From contig NZ_JAQBNR010000046.1 of the NCBI RefSeq assembly GCF_028288465.1, positions 93,219 to 157,218 on the forward strand: a stretch of DNA of 64,000 nt, in the 5' to 3' direction. This DNA comes from Ferruginibacter sp. Its GTDB lineage: Bacteria > Bacteroidota > Bacteroidia > Chitinophagales > Chitinophagaceae. Positions 38,114 to 47,256 of the stretch are shown piece after piece; the first letter of the stretch is position 1; every line of letters begins with the position of its first letter. The notes below the pieces were generated by a model, which saw only the letters and a list, made by a program, of their open reading frames with translations, made no database searches and had not been told where the DNA came from. Both the position numbers and the translations under genes were made by a program.

Positions 38114-40219
38114 TTATTGCGCCACCGCGTAAATTTTTATACCAGCTAAATCAACGTTCACAACGGTGCGCCCTTTGCCAGTTGCACGAATGCCTGCGAC
38201 TCTTTTTGCTTCACCCAATTCCGGGCTCATTAAAGACAATTGCGAAAAACGAATGCTGCTGTTGATTTCATAAGACAGTTCATTGTCTGTGATCAGTGAA
38301 TCAATGTCTTTGATCAATGGCACATCTGAAAGGTCCTTCACTTCATCCGGCACTGGCAGCAGGCCTCCGTTCATAAAATGAATGGCCGCTTTGCCGTTGT
38401 AAAACCTGATTCTTGCAGCCCAACGTTGATCGCCTTTCAGCTGCCTGATAACAGGTTTAAATTTGCCTGCTTCAATTAATTTTTGCAATGGTGCCGATGC
38501 CACCGCAGAGCCAATGATATATAAATTTTTATATTTTGCTTTTAATAAAACTACCGACAGCGGCGTTGCACGGGCAAAGCCTTTTTCGTTGTGCGTACCA
38601 AATGGCAGGGCAACCCAGGCAATACCACCTTTGGAAAGATAGGATTGAATGGCTGTAAATTGTTTGTCTGATACGCAGGCAACGCCATCCATTATCAAGG
38701 GTGTATTTTCTTTGCTCAATGCAGCGGCGTCTGCCAGTTCGGCCGTACGTAAAAAACGATAGCCTACATTGTGTTTCACCAGTTGAGCACTCCATGCTTT
38801 CGATCTGTCCCAGTGTTCATGACCAGCTTCATCCCGCCAACCGTTTTCCCGGCAATAACTATTGTTCACCAACCGTACTTCCACCAGGTCTTTGCCATCG
38901 CGGTAATTTAAATCGCTGTATTGTTTTTCCCAGTTGTTTGATTTGCTGATGGCTTCTTCGGCCTCCAGTGAATGCGCAGGATCCTCTTCCAGCCTGCTGT
39001 TTAGCGTACTGCTCCAGTTGCCTACGCCCCAGAATCTTGCTAAGGCCCAGCCAAAATAAGCGCCCTTTTCAAAGATGGCATAGCTCAATGCCATGGCCGG
39101 TGCGTTGTTTCTTTTTTGGGCAATGTCTTTCTGGTGCAAGGCTTCCGCATCCATTTCTATCCAGTCTGCATTTTTGATATTGGTGCCCACATTTTCCAGC
39201 ATAAACAAATCCAGGTAGGGCGCCATTTTTTCAAGGTCAAGTGCCACAGCATTCAATACAATCGGCCCGGTGTTGGAACAGCAGGTCATCAGGGGTTTAT
39301 CGCCCAACACGCCCTTGATCATCTTTACATGGTCATACACAGCATCGGCTTTCATACGCAGCCAATCGCGGTACGCAGGGTTATCATAATTGCCCCACTC
39401 CAGCATGCCTTTTGTTGTATCACCAAAAAAGTTTTTATCAGAAAAATCCGGAATGTCATGACCATATTCCTTTTTAAACCGATCCCTGCAATAGTTACAA
39501 CCACAGGTAGTATTGCCCGGGTAACTGCACATATCATCTACTTCCACACCATCAAAAGGTACTTCCTTCATCAGCCGCTGGAGGTATTTTTTATGCATGT
39601 CCAAAAAGTTGGGATTGTTATGGCAGAAGGCTTCAAACTGGTATTGTTTGGCATAACCACGACTGCCATCCCTTAAATCCACTTCACACAAATCATTGTA
39701 GAAATATCCTTCATACTGCGCATATTTCCTGGCAATGGGATCAGGAAAAAGCAATACTGCGTGCCGCTCAAACTTATGTACATAACGGAAGTCGGCCTCA
39801 TTTCTTGGCCTGGTAATATCGTTGCAGCTATAGTGATCCATAAAGCGCACACCGTTCTTGTGCAGCTCTTCACACACGTTGGCATAATAACCATGCAGCT
39901 GGCTGAAATAATTGGCAAAATCAAAACGGTTGTGAAAACCAAAATTGATAGCGGTATCAATACCGGCTTTTGCAAAACCCTCAGCCCGTCTTTTTATTTT
40001 ATCCACCACTTGTTTTTGCGGCCATTGAATGTCTTCAAGAGTGCACCACCAACTGGCACTACGGTTGGGAATAAAGGCTGTTGCGGTGTTGTTTGATAGC
40101 TGCCTGCCAAAGGAAGCCAGCTGGCCGGCATACGTGGGTAAACTATGCAGGAGGCTAAAGCCTGCGCCTGTTACAGCTGCCGTTTGTATAAATTTTCTGC
40201 GATTGGTTTTTCCGCTCAT
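38114..40219 (-). CDS. Tat-exported uncharacterised glycoside-hydrolase-like protein, paralogue 1
   Basis: Tat NRRKFIQ; FCHNNPNF, DGVEVDDM, CGCNYC; C-terminal GATase-like trimerisation domain (PLIMDGVACVSD..YLSKGG). Confidence 0.75.
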   Translation of the reverse strand: MSGKTNRRKFIQTAAVTGAGFSLLHSLPTYAGQLASFGRQLSNNTATAFIPNRSASWWCTLEDIQWPQKQVVDKIKRRAEGFAKAGIDTAINFGFHNRFDFANYFSQLHGYYANVCEELHKNGVRFMDHYSCNDITRPRNEADFRYVHKFERHAVLLFPDPIARKYAQYEGYFYNDLCEVDLRDGSRGYAKQYQFEAFCHNNPNFLDMHKKYLQRLMKEVPFDGVEVDDMCSYPGNTTCGCNYCRDRFKKEYGHDIPDFSDKNFFGDTTKGMLEWGNYDNPAYRDWLRMKADAVYDHVKMIKGVLGDKPLMTCCSNTGPIVLNAVALDLEKMAPYLDLFMLENVGTNIKNADWIEMDAEALHQKDIAQKRNNAPAMALSYAIFEKGAYFGWALARFWGVGNWSSTLNSRLEEDPAHSLEAEEAISKSNNWEKQYSDLNYRDGKDLVEVRLVNNSYCRENGWRDEAGHEHWDRSKAWSAQLVKHNVGYRFLRTAELADAAALSKENTPLIMDGVACVSDKQFTAIQSYLSKGGIAWVALPFGTHNEKGFARATPLSVVLLKAKYKNLYIIGSAVASAPLQKLIEAGKFKPVIRQLKGDQRWAARIRFYNGKAAIHFMNGGLLPVPDEVKDLSDVPLIKDIDSLITDNELSYEINSSIRFSQLSLMSPELGEAKRVAGIRATGKGRTVVNVDLAGIKIYAVAQ

Positions 40220-40247
40220 CTCAACAGGTTTTGGTAAAGTGCTGATT

Positions 40248-40312
40248 CAAATCTACTCACTTACTAAAACTTTATTTTCCATTAATCGCTTTAAAATGTA
40301 TACTTTTTTAAC
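40248..40312 (-). promoter_or_regulatory. Regulon promoter 2: -7 TAGATTTG plus GTTAAAAAAGTA box
   Basis: CAAATCTA at 40248-40255 and TACTTTTTTAAC at 40301-40312 (53-bp offset); TAnnTTTG is the Bacteroidota -7 consensus. Confidence 0.8.
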
Positions 40313-40350
40313 AAGGGGAAATGAATAGTATGAAATTATTTTTTGACCGG

Positions 40351-40403
40351 CAGTTGTATTTCAATTGGGCATCGTTGTGTCACTCACTTTTACTTTTTCA
40401 GCT
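40351..40403 (-). repeat. Short dispersed repeat GAGTGACACAACGATGC..., copy 3
   Basis: Reverse complement of 40351-40385 matches 22041-22075 at 31 of 35 positions. Confidence 0.8.
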
Positions 40404-40894
40404 TCATGGATCAACGGTCGCAGGAGATTACAGAAAGGCATTGTATTATTGTGCTTTAACTTCGTTTATGAAAGGGGAGTATTTGACCGATTCCAAAAAG
40501 GCATTAATCTTTTCGCCAGAAATAATTAACTCACAACATCTTTCGCAAAATTTTGGATGAATTGTATAAATCGATTACTTTGAATGGTTAATTTAAATAG
40601 GCGCAACTTGCTGTCGCATAGACCAAACGTTAAAGAAACAAAATTTGGAAATTATCATTAGGTTGAAACGTTATACATGGCAGACTATAGTTGCGAACAA
40701 GCATTGATAAAAGTTGAGCAAATGAAAGCTTTCAGAAAATAATCTGAAATGCAAAAACGGGCAGCAGGCAACTTCTTACCATCAACGCATCTTCCCGAGC
40801 CCGTGAATTGGCCAGAGACGTGGGGTGTCACTGAGTTATAATACTGCTCAAGTGTAGGCTTCCCCGTTTTACAATAGTTTAAAAGTATTTATCA

Positions 40895-41703
40895 ATGAAA
40901 CTACTCTTACCACTACTGGTTATTTTACTGTATAGTTGTACAGGTGAAATCAAGTATCCTGATGGAGGATGTGATTACCCCAAAAACGTATCAGGTAGTG
41001 ATACTAATATTTATCATCATCCATTAAAAGATAGTTTCCCCAGGGGCAAAAAATTTCTTGTATACGCCGAGTCCTTTTTTTTCAGTGTGTTTGATGAGCC
41101 TAACCTTAGTATAAAACCGCTGGATAAAGAAACATTCAGGCTCTCCTGGTCATCCGTATTCGGGCACACTGTTATTATAAATATTAATGAAGACGCTGTT
41201 ACTATAAAAAAGCAAACGTAGAAGATGCTTATGTTAGGGATACAACAAGTCTCTCAAAAACAGATAGTTTACTTACCTATATACTAAGAAAATATTATCC
41301 GATCGATTCTGCTAATCCACTATATATTGATAAAAAAAAGTTTCTTGATTCCCTTATCAAACTATATCCACAATTAGTTGATCATTCATACTATGCCAAA
41401 TTTTTTGAGAAGGCACCTATACGGAATAAGAATTTTCATTACCAACTAACTAAAATTTTTATCACACGAAAGCAGTTTGCAGAATTGACTGAAAAAATTA
41501 ACGCTGCTGGTTTTTGGGCGATGCCAATTCAAGATGGATGCGGTAACGACGGTACGGACGGAGCCGGCTTTACACTTGAGGCCAATACAAAGAAAAAATA
41601 TCAAATAGTTTTTTCGGGTGAATGTACGCCAACATCTTTTCAAAAAATATGTTCGCAAATTCTTGCCCTTGCAAAACTGAATAATCACTCACTTTATGAG
41701 TAA
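40895..41703 (+). pseudogene. Hypothetical lipoprotein gene split by a -1 frameshift at an A run (pseudogene, sequencing error or programmed frameshift)
   Basis: ORF1 (lipobox LYSC) stops at 41219-41221; the -1 frame is open from the A run at 41206-41211 to 41703; one extra A gives a 269-aa protein. Confidence 0.75.
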
Positions 41704-41901
41704 ACTAAAGGAAGCTCCTCTGTGTAACGTTTTTCAAATTTATACCCAAAGCCGTTTTGCAGCTTTCGGGTAACGGCTGATCTTCTTTCCCGGTAATACC
41801 ACCTCCATAACCATGTACGTTGGCAAGGCTCATGGCATGTTACAGAGCTATAAGTCAGTTAAAGTGAGGTAAAAAGTTCGATCGCACAATGAAAAAAATT
41901 C

Positions 41902-44004
41902 CTATTGTGCCACCGCATATATCTTCACACCATCTAAATTTACTTTCAGCACAGCAATCCCGGTGCGCTTTTTATTTACTTCCCCCAGCCGCGAAACTTC
42001 ATTTAATTCAGGACTCATCAGCGATAACGTAACTAAATTCATTTTACTGGCATTGATCTCATATTCCAATACATTATCGGTTATGTTGGTATCCAATTCT
42101 TTCAAAACAGGTATGCCGCTGATATCTTTAATGGTTGGATGAGGTTTTGGTTTCAATGCCGTATTCATAAAATGTAATACCGGTTTACCATTGTACAGCC
42201 TGGCTCGGACAGCCCATCGCTTATCCCCTTTTATTTGTTTGATCAATGGCTGAAATTTTCCGGATGCAATTAATTTTTGTAATGGCTCAGCTGTAACAGC
42301 CGATTCTATCGTTACTAAATTTTTATGCCTGCCTTTCATCAGTTGAGTCGATAAAGGCATTGCTCGTAAAAAACCTTTTTCATCATGCGTACCAAAAGGT
42401 AATGCCAGCCAGGCAATGCCACCTTTGGAAAGATAGGTTTTGATGGCAGCGAATTGTTTATCGGAAACACAGCCCACCGAATCTAAAATCAGGGGCGTAT
42501 TTTCTTTACCCAATAGACTTGCATCGCCCAGTTCTTCATACCGCACAAAGCGATAGCCCACATTGTTTTTTACCAGTTGTTCGCTCCATGCTGCAGCACT
42601 ATCCCAATGCTCTTTGCCATTGGTGTTGCGCCAGCCATTCTCTTTACAATAACGATTATATACCAATCTTACTTCTGCAACATCAACACCCTCCCGGTAA
42701 TTTAAGTTGCTGTATTGTTTTTCCCAGTTGTTGGATTTACTGATCACGTCTTCCATCTCCATCGCATCCGGCGGATCTTCTACCAGTCTGCCGTTGAGCG
42801 TACTGCTCCAGTTGGCAACGCCCCAAAAGCGACTTAGCGCCCAGCCAAAATAAGCGCCGGGTTCATAGATGGTATAACTCAGGGCCATCGCTGGCGCCTT
42901 GCCTCTTTTTTCAGCAATGTCTTTCTGGTGCAAAGCTTCCGCATCCATTGCTATCCAGTTCGCATTGTCAACATTGATGCCCACATTTTCCAGCATAAAA
43001 AAATCCAGGTGTGGCGCCAGTTTTTCCAGGTCGAGTGACAATATATTCAGTATGATAGGTCCTGTATTGGAGCAACAGGTCATCAATGGTTTTTCGCCAA
43101 TGGTTTGCTTGATCAGTTTTAAATGATCCGCCACCGAATCAATTTTCATCCGCAACCAATCCCTGAAAACAGGATTGTCATAATTGCCCCATTCCAATGT
43201 TTCTTTGGTGGTGTCACCCCAGAATGATTTTTCTCCAAATGGCGGAATGTCATGTCCATAATCTCTTTTAAACCGCTCCCGGCAATATTTACAACCGCAG
43301 GTGGTGGGCCCCGGGTAGTTGCACATATCATCTACTTCAATGCCATCAATAGGCACTTCCTTTAACAGGCGTTGCAGGTATTTCTGGTGCATATCCAGGA
43401 AGCCGGGATTGTTATGGCAAAAGGTTTCAAACTGGTATTGTGGCGCATAACCACGGCTGCCATCCCTGAGATCTACTTCACAGATTTCATTAAAAAAATG
43501 TCCTTCGTATTGTGCATACTTGGCAGCAAACGGGTCGTGGTATAATAAAACGGTATGCCGCTGAAACTGGTGCATTTTTTTCAACTCCGCTTCATTGCGT
43601 GGCCGCTCAATTTCATTGCACGAATAATGATCCATCAGCTTAATGCCATGTTGATGTAACTCTTCTGCAACATTGGCGAAGTAACCATGCACCTGGCCGA
43701 AGTAATTGGAAAAATCAAAGCGCAGACCAAAGCCAAAAATGATGGCGGTATCAATGCCTGCTTTGGCAAACCCCTCTGCCCGGCGTTTTATTTTGTCGGT
43801 AATATGTTTTTGCGGCCATTGCAGATCATCCATGGTTGTCCACCAGCTGGCAGCACGGGCGGGTATAAAAGCAGGCTCAGCATACCGATGGGCTGACGGA
43901 AGATTGTTTGCATACAACAACGGTAGCCCGTTAGAAAGGCCAATGCCTGCGGCAGACAAAGTCGCCATCTTTATAAATGTTCTTCGATTTTGTGGATGTT
44001 GCAT
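41902..44004 (-). CDS. Tat-exported uncharacterised glycoside-hydrolase-like protein, paralogue 2
   Basis: Tat NRRTFIK; FCHNNPGF, DGIEVDDM, CGCKYC; collinear with paralogues 1 and 3. Confidence 0.75.
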   Translation of the reverse strand: MQHPQNRRTFIKMATLSAAGIGLSNGLPLLYANNLPSAHRYAEPAFIPARAASWWTTMDDLQWPQKHITDKIKRRAEGFAKAGIDTAIIFGFGLRFDFSNYFGQVHGYFANVAEELHQHGIKLMDHYSCNEIERPRNEAELKKMHQFQRHTVLLYHDPFAAKYAQYEGHFFNEICEVDLRDGSRGYAPQYQFETFCHNNPGFLDMHQKYLQRLLKEVPIDGIEVDDMCNYPGPTTCGCKYCRERFKRDYGHDIPPFGEKSFWGDTTKETLEWGNYDNPVFRDWLRMKIDSVADHLKLIKQTIGEKPLMTCCSNTGPIILNILSLDLEKLAPHLDFFMLENVGINVDNANWIAMDAEALHQKDIAEKRGKAPAMALSYTIYEPGAYFGWALSRFWGVANWSSTLNGRLVEDPPDAMEMEDVISKSNNWEKQYSNLNYREGVDVAEVRLVYNRYCKENGWRNTNGKEHWDSAAAWSEQLVKNNVGYRFVRYEELGDASLLGKENTPLILDSVGCVSDKQFAAIKTYLSKGGIAWLALPFGTHDEKGFLRAMPLSTQLMKGRHKNLVTIESAVTAEPLQKLIASGKFQPLIKQIKGDKRWAVRARLYNGKPVLHFMNTALKPKPHPTIKDISGIPVLKELDTNITDNVLEYEINASKMNLVTLSLMSPELNEVSRLGEVNKKRTGIAVLKVNLDGVKIYAVAQ

Positions 44005-44030
44005 TGATTGAACGGTTAAATAAACCTTTT

Positions 44031-44095
44031 CAAATCTAATTATTTGCGGGAAGGATGTTTTCCTATAATCGGTTTAAAACCTGTACTTTTTTAAC
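44031..44095 (-). promoter_or_regulatory. Regulon promoter 3: -7 TAGATTTG plus GTTAAAAAAGTA box
   Basis: CAAATCTA at 44031-44038, TCCTATAATC at 44061, TACTTTTTTAAC at 44084-44095. Confidence 0.8.
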
Positions 44096-44256
44096 GACGG
44101 AATTATTTTTCAGAGCTTCCATTTTCTTGGATCGATGAAAAAAGATAGAAGTATTGAAACAAGAAGAACTAGCGGAGAAAAATTTCCGCTTTAACTTGCG
44201 GACCGTTGTGATATGCTTTGGCAGAAGACGGAATATAAATTTTGTAACCATAAGGC

Positions 44257-44430
44257 TCAAACAGAATCAACTTTCTTTGTTTTTGCCGATGCTGCTTTTC
44301 TTACCGTCTTTTTCTTTTGTTGCGCTTTTCGCAATTTTATGAATGCACTAAATTCCTTTCTTTCTTTTTCTGTCCAAGGTTTGTCCAGAACATAAAAGTC
44401 AACATTTTTTGGCTCCCTGATTAGTCCCAT
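44257..44430 (-). CDS. 57-aa basic protein MGLIREPKNVDFYVLDKPWTEKERKEFSAFIKLRKAQQKKKTVRKAASAKTKKVDSV (absent from the ORF track); candidate antitoxin/partner
   Basis: Manual translation from ATG 44430 to TGA 44257; starts 5 nt after the stop of the GNAT-like gene. Confidence 0.75.
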   Translation of the reverse strand: MGLIREPKNVDFYVLDKPWTEKERKEFSAFIKLRKAQQKKKTVRKAASAKTKKVDSV

Positions 44431-44435
44431 TGTTA

Positions 44436-44960
44436 TTACCTTTTAAAATATTGATTAATTAATCTGGTTGCTGCTGCGGTTTCAATCATCATTTTGGTTC
44501 CCCTGAAATGCGTTGCAAACAACGTTTCCTGATAATGCCTAATTAAAACCGTCTTCGCATCAAAAGCAACATAGCCCTCATATCCTTTTTCAAAAGAAAG
44601 CTGACAAGCGAAAGCTACTAAATTGCCGGGAACACCAGCATACACTTTTTGTTTTCCCTTATTAAATTTTGCACTTTCAATTAAATGCATGTAAATATGA
44701 TCATGCTGATCACTCAAACTTATCAATCCCTGTACAATTTGAGGATTATCTTTTATAACTAGTTTATACGTTGCTCTATCTGTTAGTTTGACTTGCGCAT
44801 CCCACTTAAATTGCCAATCCTTTTTATTAATCTGTTTACTGTCTTTAGCAAAGAGTTGAAAGACTTCAGTATCAAAAATATCACCGGAAACTATATTTTC
44901 TATCGAATTCGTCAATTTATCAATTTCAATATTGACAAGTATTTCTGGTGTTTTTTTCAC
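44436..44960 (-). CDS. Hypothetical GNAT-fold-like protein, candidate toxin
   Basis: HIYMHLIESAKFN..VYAGVPGNLVAFAC..SFEKGYEGYVAFDAK..LIRHY; GTG start at 44960 preferred over ATG 44999. Confidence 0.6.
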   Translation of the reverse strand: MKKTPEILVNIEIDKLTNSIENIVSGDIFDTEVFQLFAKDSKQINKKDWQFKWDAQVKLTDRATYKLVIKDNPQIVQGLISLSDQHDHIYMHLIESAKFNKGKQKVYAGVPGNLVAFACQLSFEKGYEGYVAFDAKTVLIRHYQETLFATHFRGTKMMIETAAATRLINQYFKR

Positions 44961-45055
44961 TTCATAAAAATACGAAAATCTAGCCAGAAAAATGGCCATT
45001 AATTGATTAAGTCAAGCATTATAAGCAGCATTTTTTGAAGAGTTATATCTTATCC

Positions 45056-47164
45056 TTATTGCACCACCGCATACACTTTCACCCCATCCAAATTAATCCG
45101 CGAGGTCGTAAGGCCATTGCTTTTTCCTACAATTGAAACAGGTCGTTGTACGCCATTCAATTCAGGGCTCATCACCGATAAGCCGCTTAAAGAAAATGCT
45201 GCAGTATTAATTTCATATTCCTGTTCATTGTCTTTAATCGCAGAATCCAGGCCGACCAAAATCGGGATATCAGAAAGATCTTTTAATGTTGGATGCGGTA
45301 TCGCCGTAAGGGCTGCATTCATACAATGCAAAACAAGTTTGCCATTGTACATGCGCATTCTTACCGCCCATCTTTTATCGCTCTTAATTTGCTTAATAAC
45401 AGGTTTAAATTTTCCTGTCGCGATTAGATGTTGCAAAGGTGTTGATGTAACAGCAGACGAAATCATCACCAGGTTTTTATACCGGTGCTTCTTCAATTCC
45501 TCTGATAACGCAACCGGTCTTGCAAACCCTTTTTCATCATGCGTACCAAAAGGCAACGCTAACCAGGCAATGCCGCCGTTTAAGAGATACGTTTTGATGG
45601 CAGCAAATTGTTTGTCAGAAACACAAGCCACGGTATCTAAAATCAGCGGAGTTTTTTCTTTGCTTAATGCATCGGCATTTTCCAATGCTGCTGAACGAAC
45701 AAACCCATAGCCTACATTATTTTTTACCAACTGCTCACTCCAGGCCGCCACACTATCCCAATGCTCATGACCATCCTTGTTGCGCCAGCCATTTACTTTG
45801 CAATCACGACTGTACACCAGTCTTACTTCTGCAAAATCTTTTCCAATATTATAATCGAGATCGCTGAATTGTTTTTCCCAATGATTGGTTTTGCCGATCA
45901 CAGCCTCCTGCTCCATCGCATCCGGCGGATCTTCCGGCAGTCTTGCATTGAGCGTACTGCACCAGTTGGACACACCCCAGAAACGACTGAGCGCCCAGCC
46001 AAAATAAGCACCCGTTTCATAGATGGTATAACTCAATGCCATAGCCGGACGATTGTCTTTTTCAGCCGCTATATCTTTCTGTAACAAAGCCTCTGCATCC
46101 ATCTTTATCCAGTCAACATTCTGCACATTAGTGCCTACATTTTCCAGCACAAAAAAATCAAGCTGTGGCGCTAATTTTTCCAGGTCAAGTGATAAGGCAT
46201 TCAGTACCAACGGACCGGTATTAGAACAACAGGTCATCAATGATTTTTCGCCCATCGTCGTCTTAATCATTTTCAAATGATCCGTAATTGCATCCACTTT
46301 CATGCGCAACCAATCCCTGAAAACCGGGTTGGCATAATTACCCCATTCCAATGTTTCTTTTGTGGTGTCGCCCCAAAAATCTTTTTCGCCAAAGGACGGA
46401 ATCTCGTGACCGTATTCCTTCCTGAACCGCTCCCGGCACCAGGTACAGCCGCACACCGTTGGACCTGCATAGTTGCACATATCATCTACCATGATGCCGT
46501 CCAGTGGTACTTCCTTTAATAATCGCTGTAAATATTTTTGGTGCATGTCCAGGTAGTTGGGGTTGCTATGGCAAAAAGTATTTAACTGGTATTGTGGTGC
46601 ATAACCAAGGCTTCCATCTCTTAAATCAACCTGGCAAACATCGTTGAACAAGTGGCCTTCGTATCGTGCGTATTTTGCAGCTATTACATCATGGTACAGC
46701 AACACATGATGCCGCTGAAAAGTGTTCATCTTTCTTAACTCTGCTTCATCTTTTGGCCTGGAGATATGATTGCAGGAATAGTGCTCCATGAAATGAATGC
46801 CCTGCTGGTGCAGGGCTTCACACACATCTGCGTAGTAGCCATGCAGCTGGCCAAAATAATCCGCAAAATCAAAACGGATATGAAAGCCAAAATTCACGGC
46901 CGTATCAATATTCGCTTTGGCAAAACCTTCGGCCCGCCGCTTTATTTTATCGCTGATTTGTTTTTGCGGCCACTGCAGGTCTTCGATAGACGTCCACCAG
47001 CTTGCTACGCGGTTGGGAATAAAAGTGGTTGCAGGACAGTTGTTGAGGTTCGTTGTGTGACGATCATTTGCATACAAAAACGAAAAATTGTTTGCAGCTG
47101 CAACGCCTGCCCCTGACATAACTGCCAGCTGGATAAACTTCCTTCGGTTGCAGGGGTACCTCAT
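45056..47164 (-). CDS. Tat-exported uncharacterised glycoside-hydrolase-like protein, paralogue 3
   Basis: Tat NRRKFIQ; FCHSNPNY, DGIMVDDM, CGCTWC; collinear with paralogues 1 and 2. Confidence 0.75.
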   Translation of the reverse strand: MRYPCNRRKFIQLAVMSGAGVAAANNFSFLYANDRHTTNLNNCPATTFIPNRVASWWTSIEDLQWPQKQISDKIKRRAEGFAKANIDTAVNFGFHIRFDFADYFGQLHGYYADVCEALHQQGIHFMEHYSCNHISRPKDEAELRKMNTFQRHHVLLYHDVIAAKYARYEGHLFNDVCQVDLRDGSLGYAPQYQLNTFCHSNPNYLDMHQKYLQRLLKEVPLDGIMVDDMCNYAGPTVCGCTWCRERFRKEYGHEIPSFGEKDFWGDTTKETLEWGNYANPVFRDWLRMKVDAITDHLKMIKTTMGEKSLMTCCSNTGPLVLNALSLDLEKLAPQLDFFVLENVGTNVQNVDWIKMDAEALLQKDIAAEKDNRPAMALSYTIYETGAYFGWALSRFWGVSNWCSTLNARLPEDPPDAMEQEAVIGKTNHWEKQFSDLDYNIGKDFAEVRLVYSRDCKVNGWRNKDGHEHWDSVAAWSEQLVKNNVGYGFVRSAALENADALSKEKTPLILDTVACVSDKQFAAIKTYLLNGGIAWLALPFGTHDEKGFARPVALSEELKKHRYKNLVMISSAVTSTPLQHLIATGKFKPVIKQIKSDKRWAVRMRMYNGKLVLHCMNAALTAIPHPTLKDLSDIPILVGLDSAIKDNEQEYEINTAAFSLSGLSVMSPELNGVQRPVSIVGKSNGLTTSRINLDGVKVYAVVQ

Positions 47165-47191
47165 GTTTCGTTGGTTGTAAGATTAGATACT

Positions 47192-47256
47192 CAAATCTAC
47201 TCGTTTCATACAATCGCATATTCCTATAATCAACTTAAAGACTGTACTTTTTTAAC
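47192..47256 (-). promoter_or_regulatory. Regulon promoter 4: -7 TAGATTTG plus GTTAAAAAAGTA box
   Basis: CAAATCTA at 47192-47199, TCCTATAATC at 47222, TACTTTTTTAAC at 47245-47256. Confidence 0.8.

Noticed and set aside
40400-40890. 490-bp AT-rich gap as a riboswitch or gene remnant
   Set aside because: No riboswitch consensus, tRNA fold or coherent reading frame that I can support
41705-41833. 42-aa minus-strand ORF MSLANVHGYGGGITGK...
   Set aside because: No recognisable family or supporting signals; cannot distinguish it from chance
44154-44395. Track ORFs 44154..44342, 44213..44395 and 44063..44260
   Set aside because: The first two are antisense shadows of the 57-aa minus-strand ORF at 44257..44430; the third has no protein-like features
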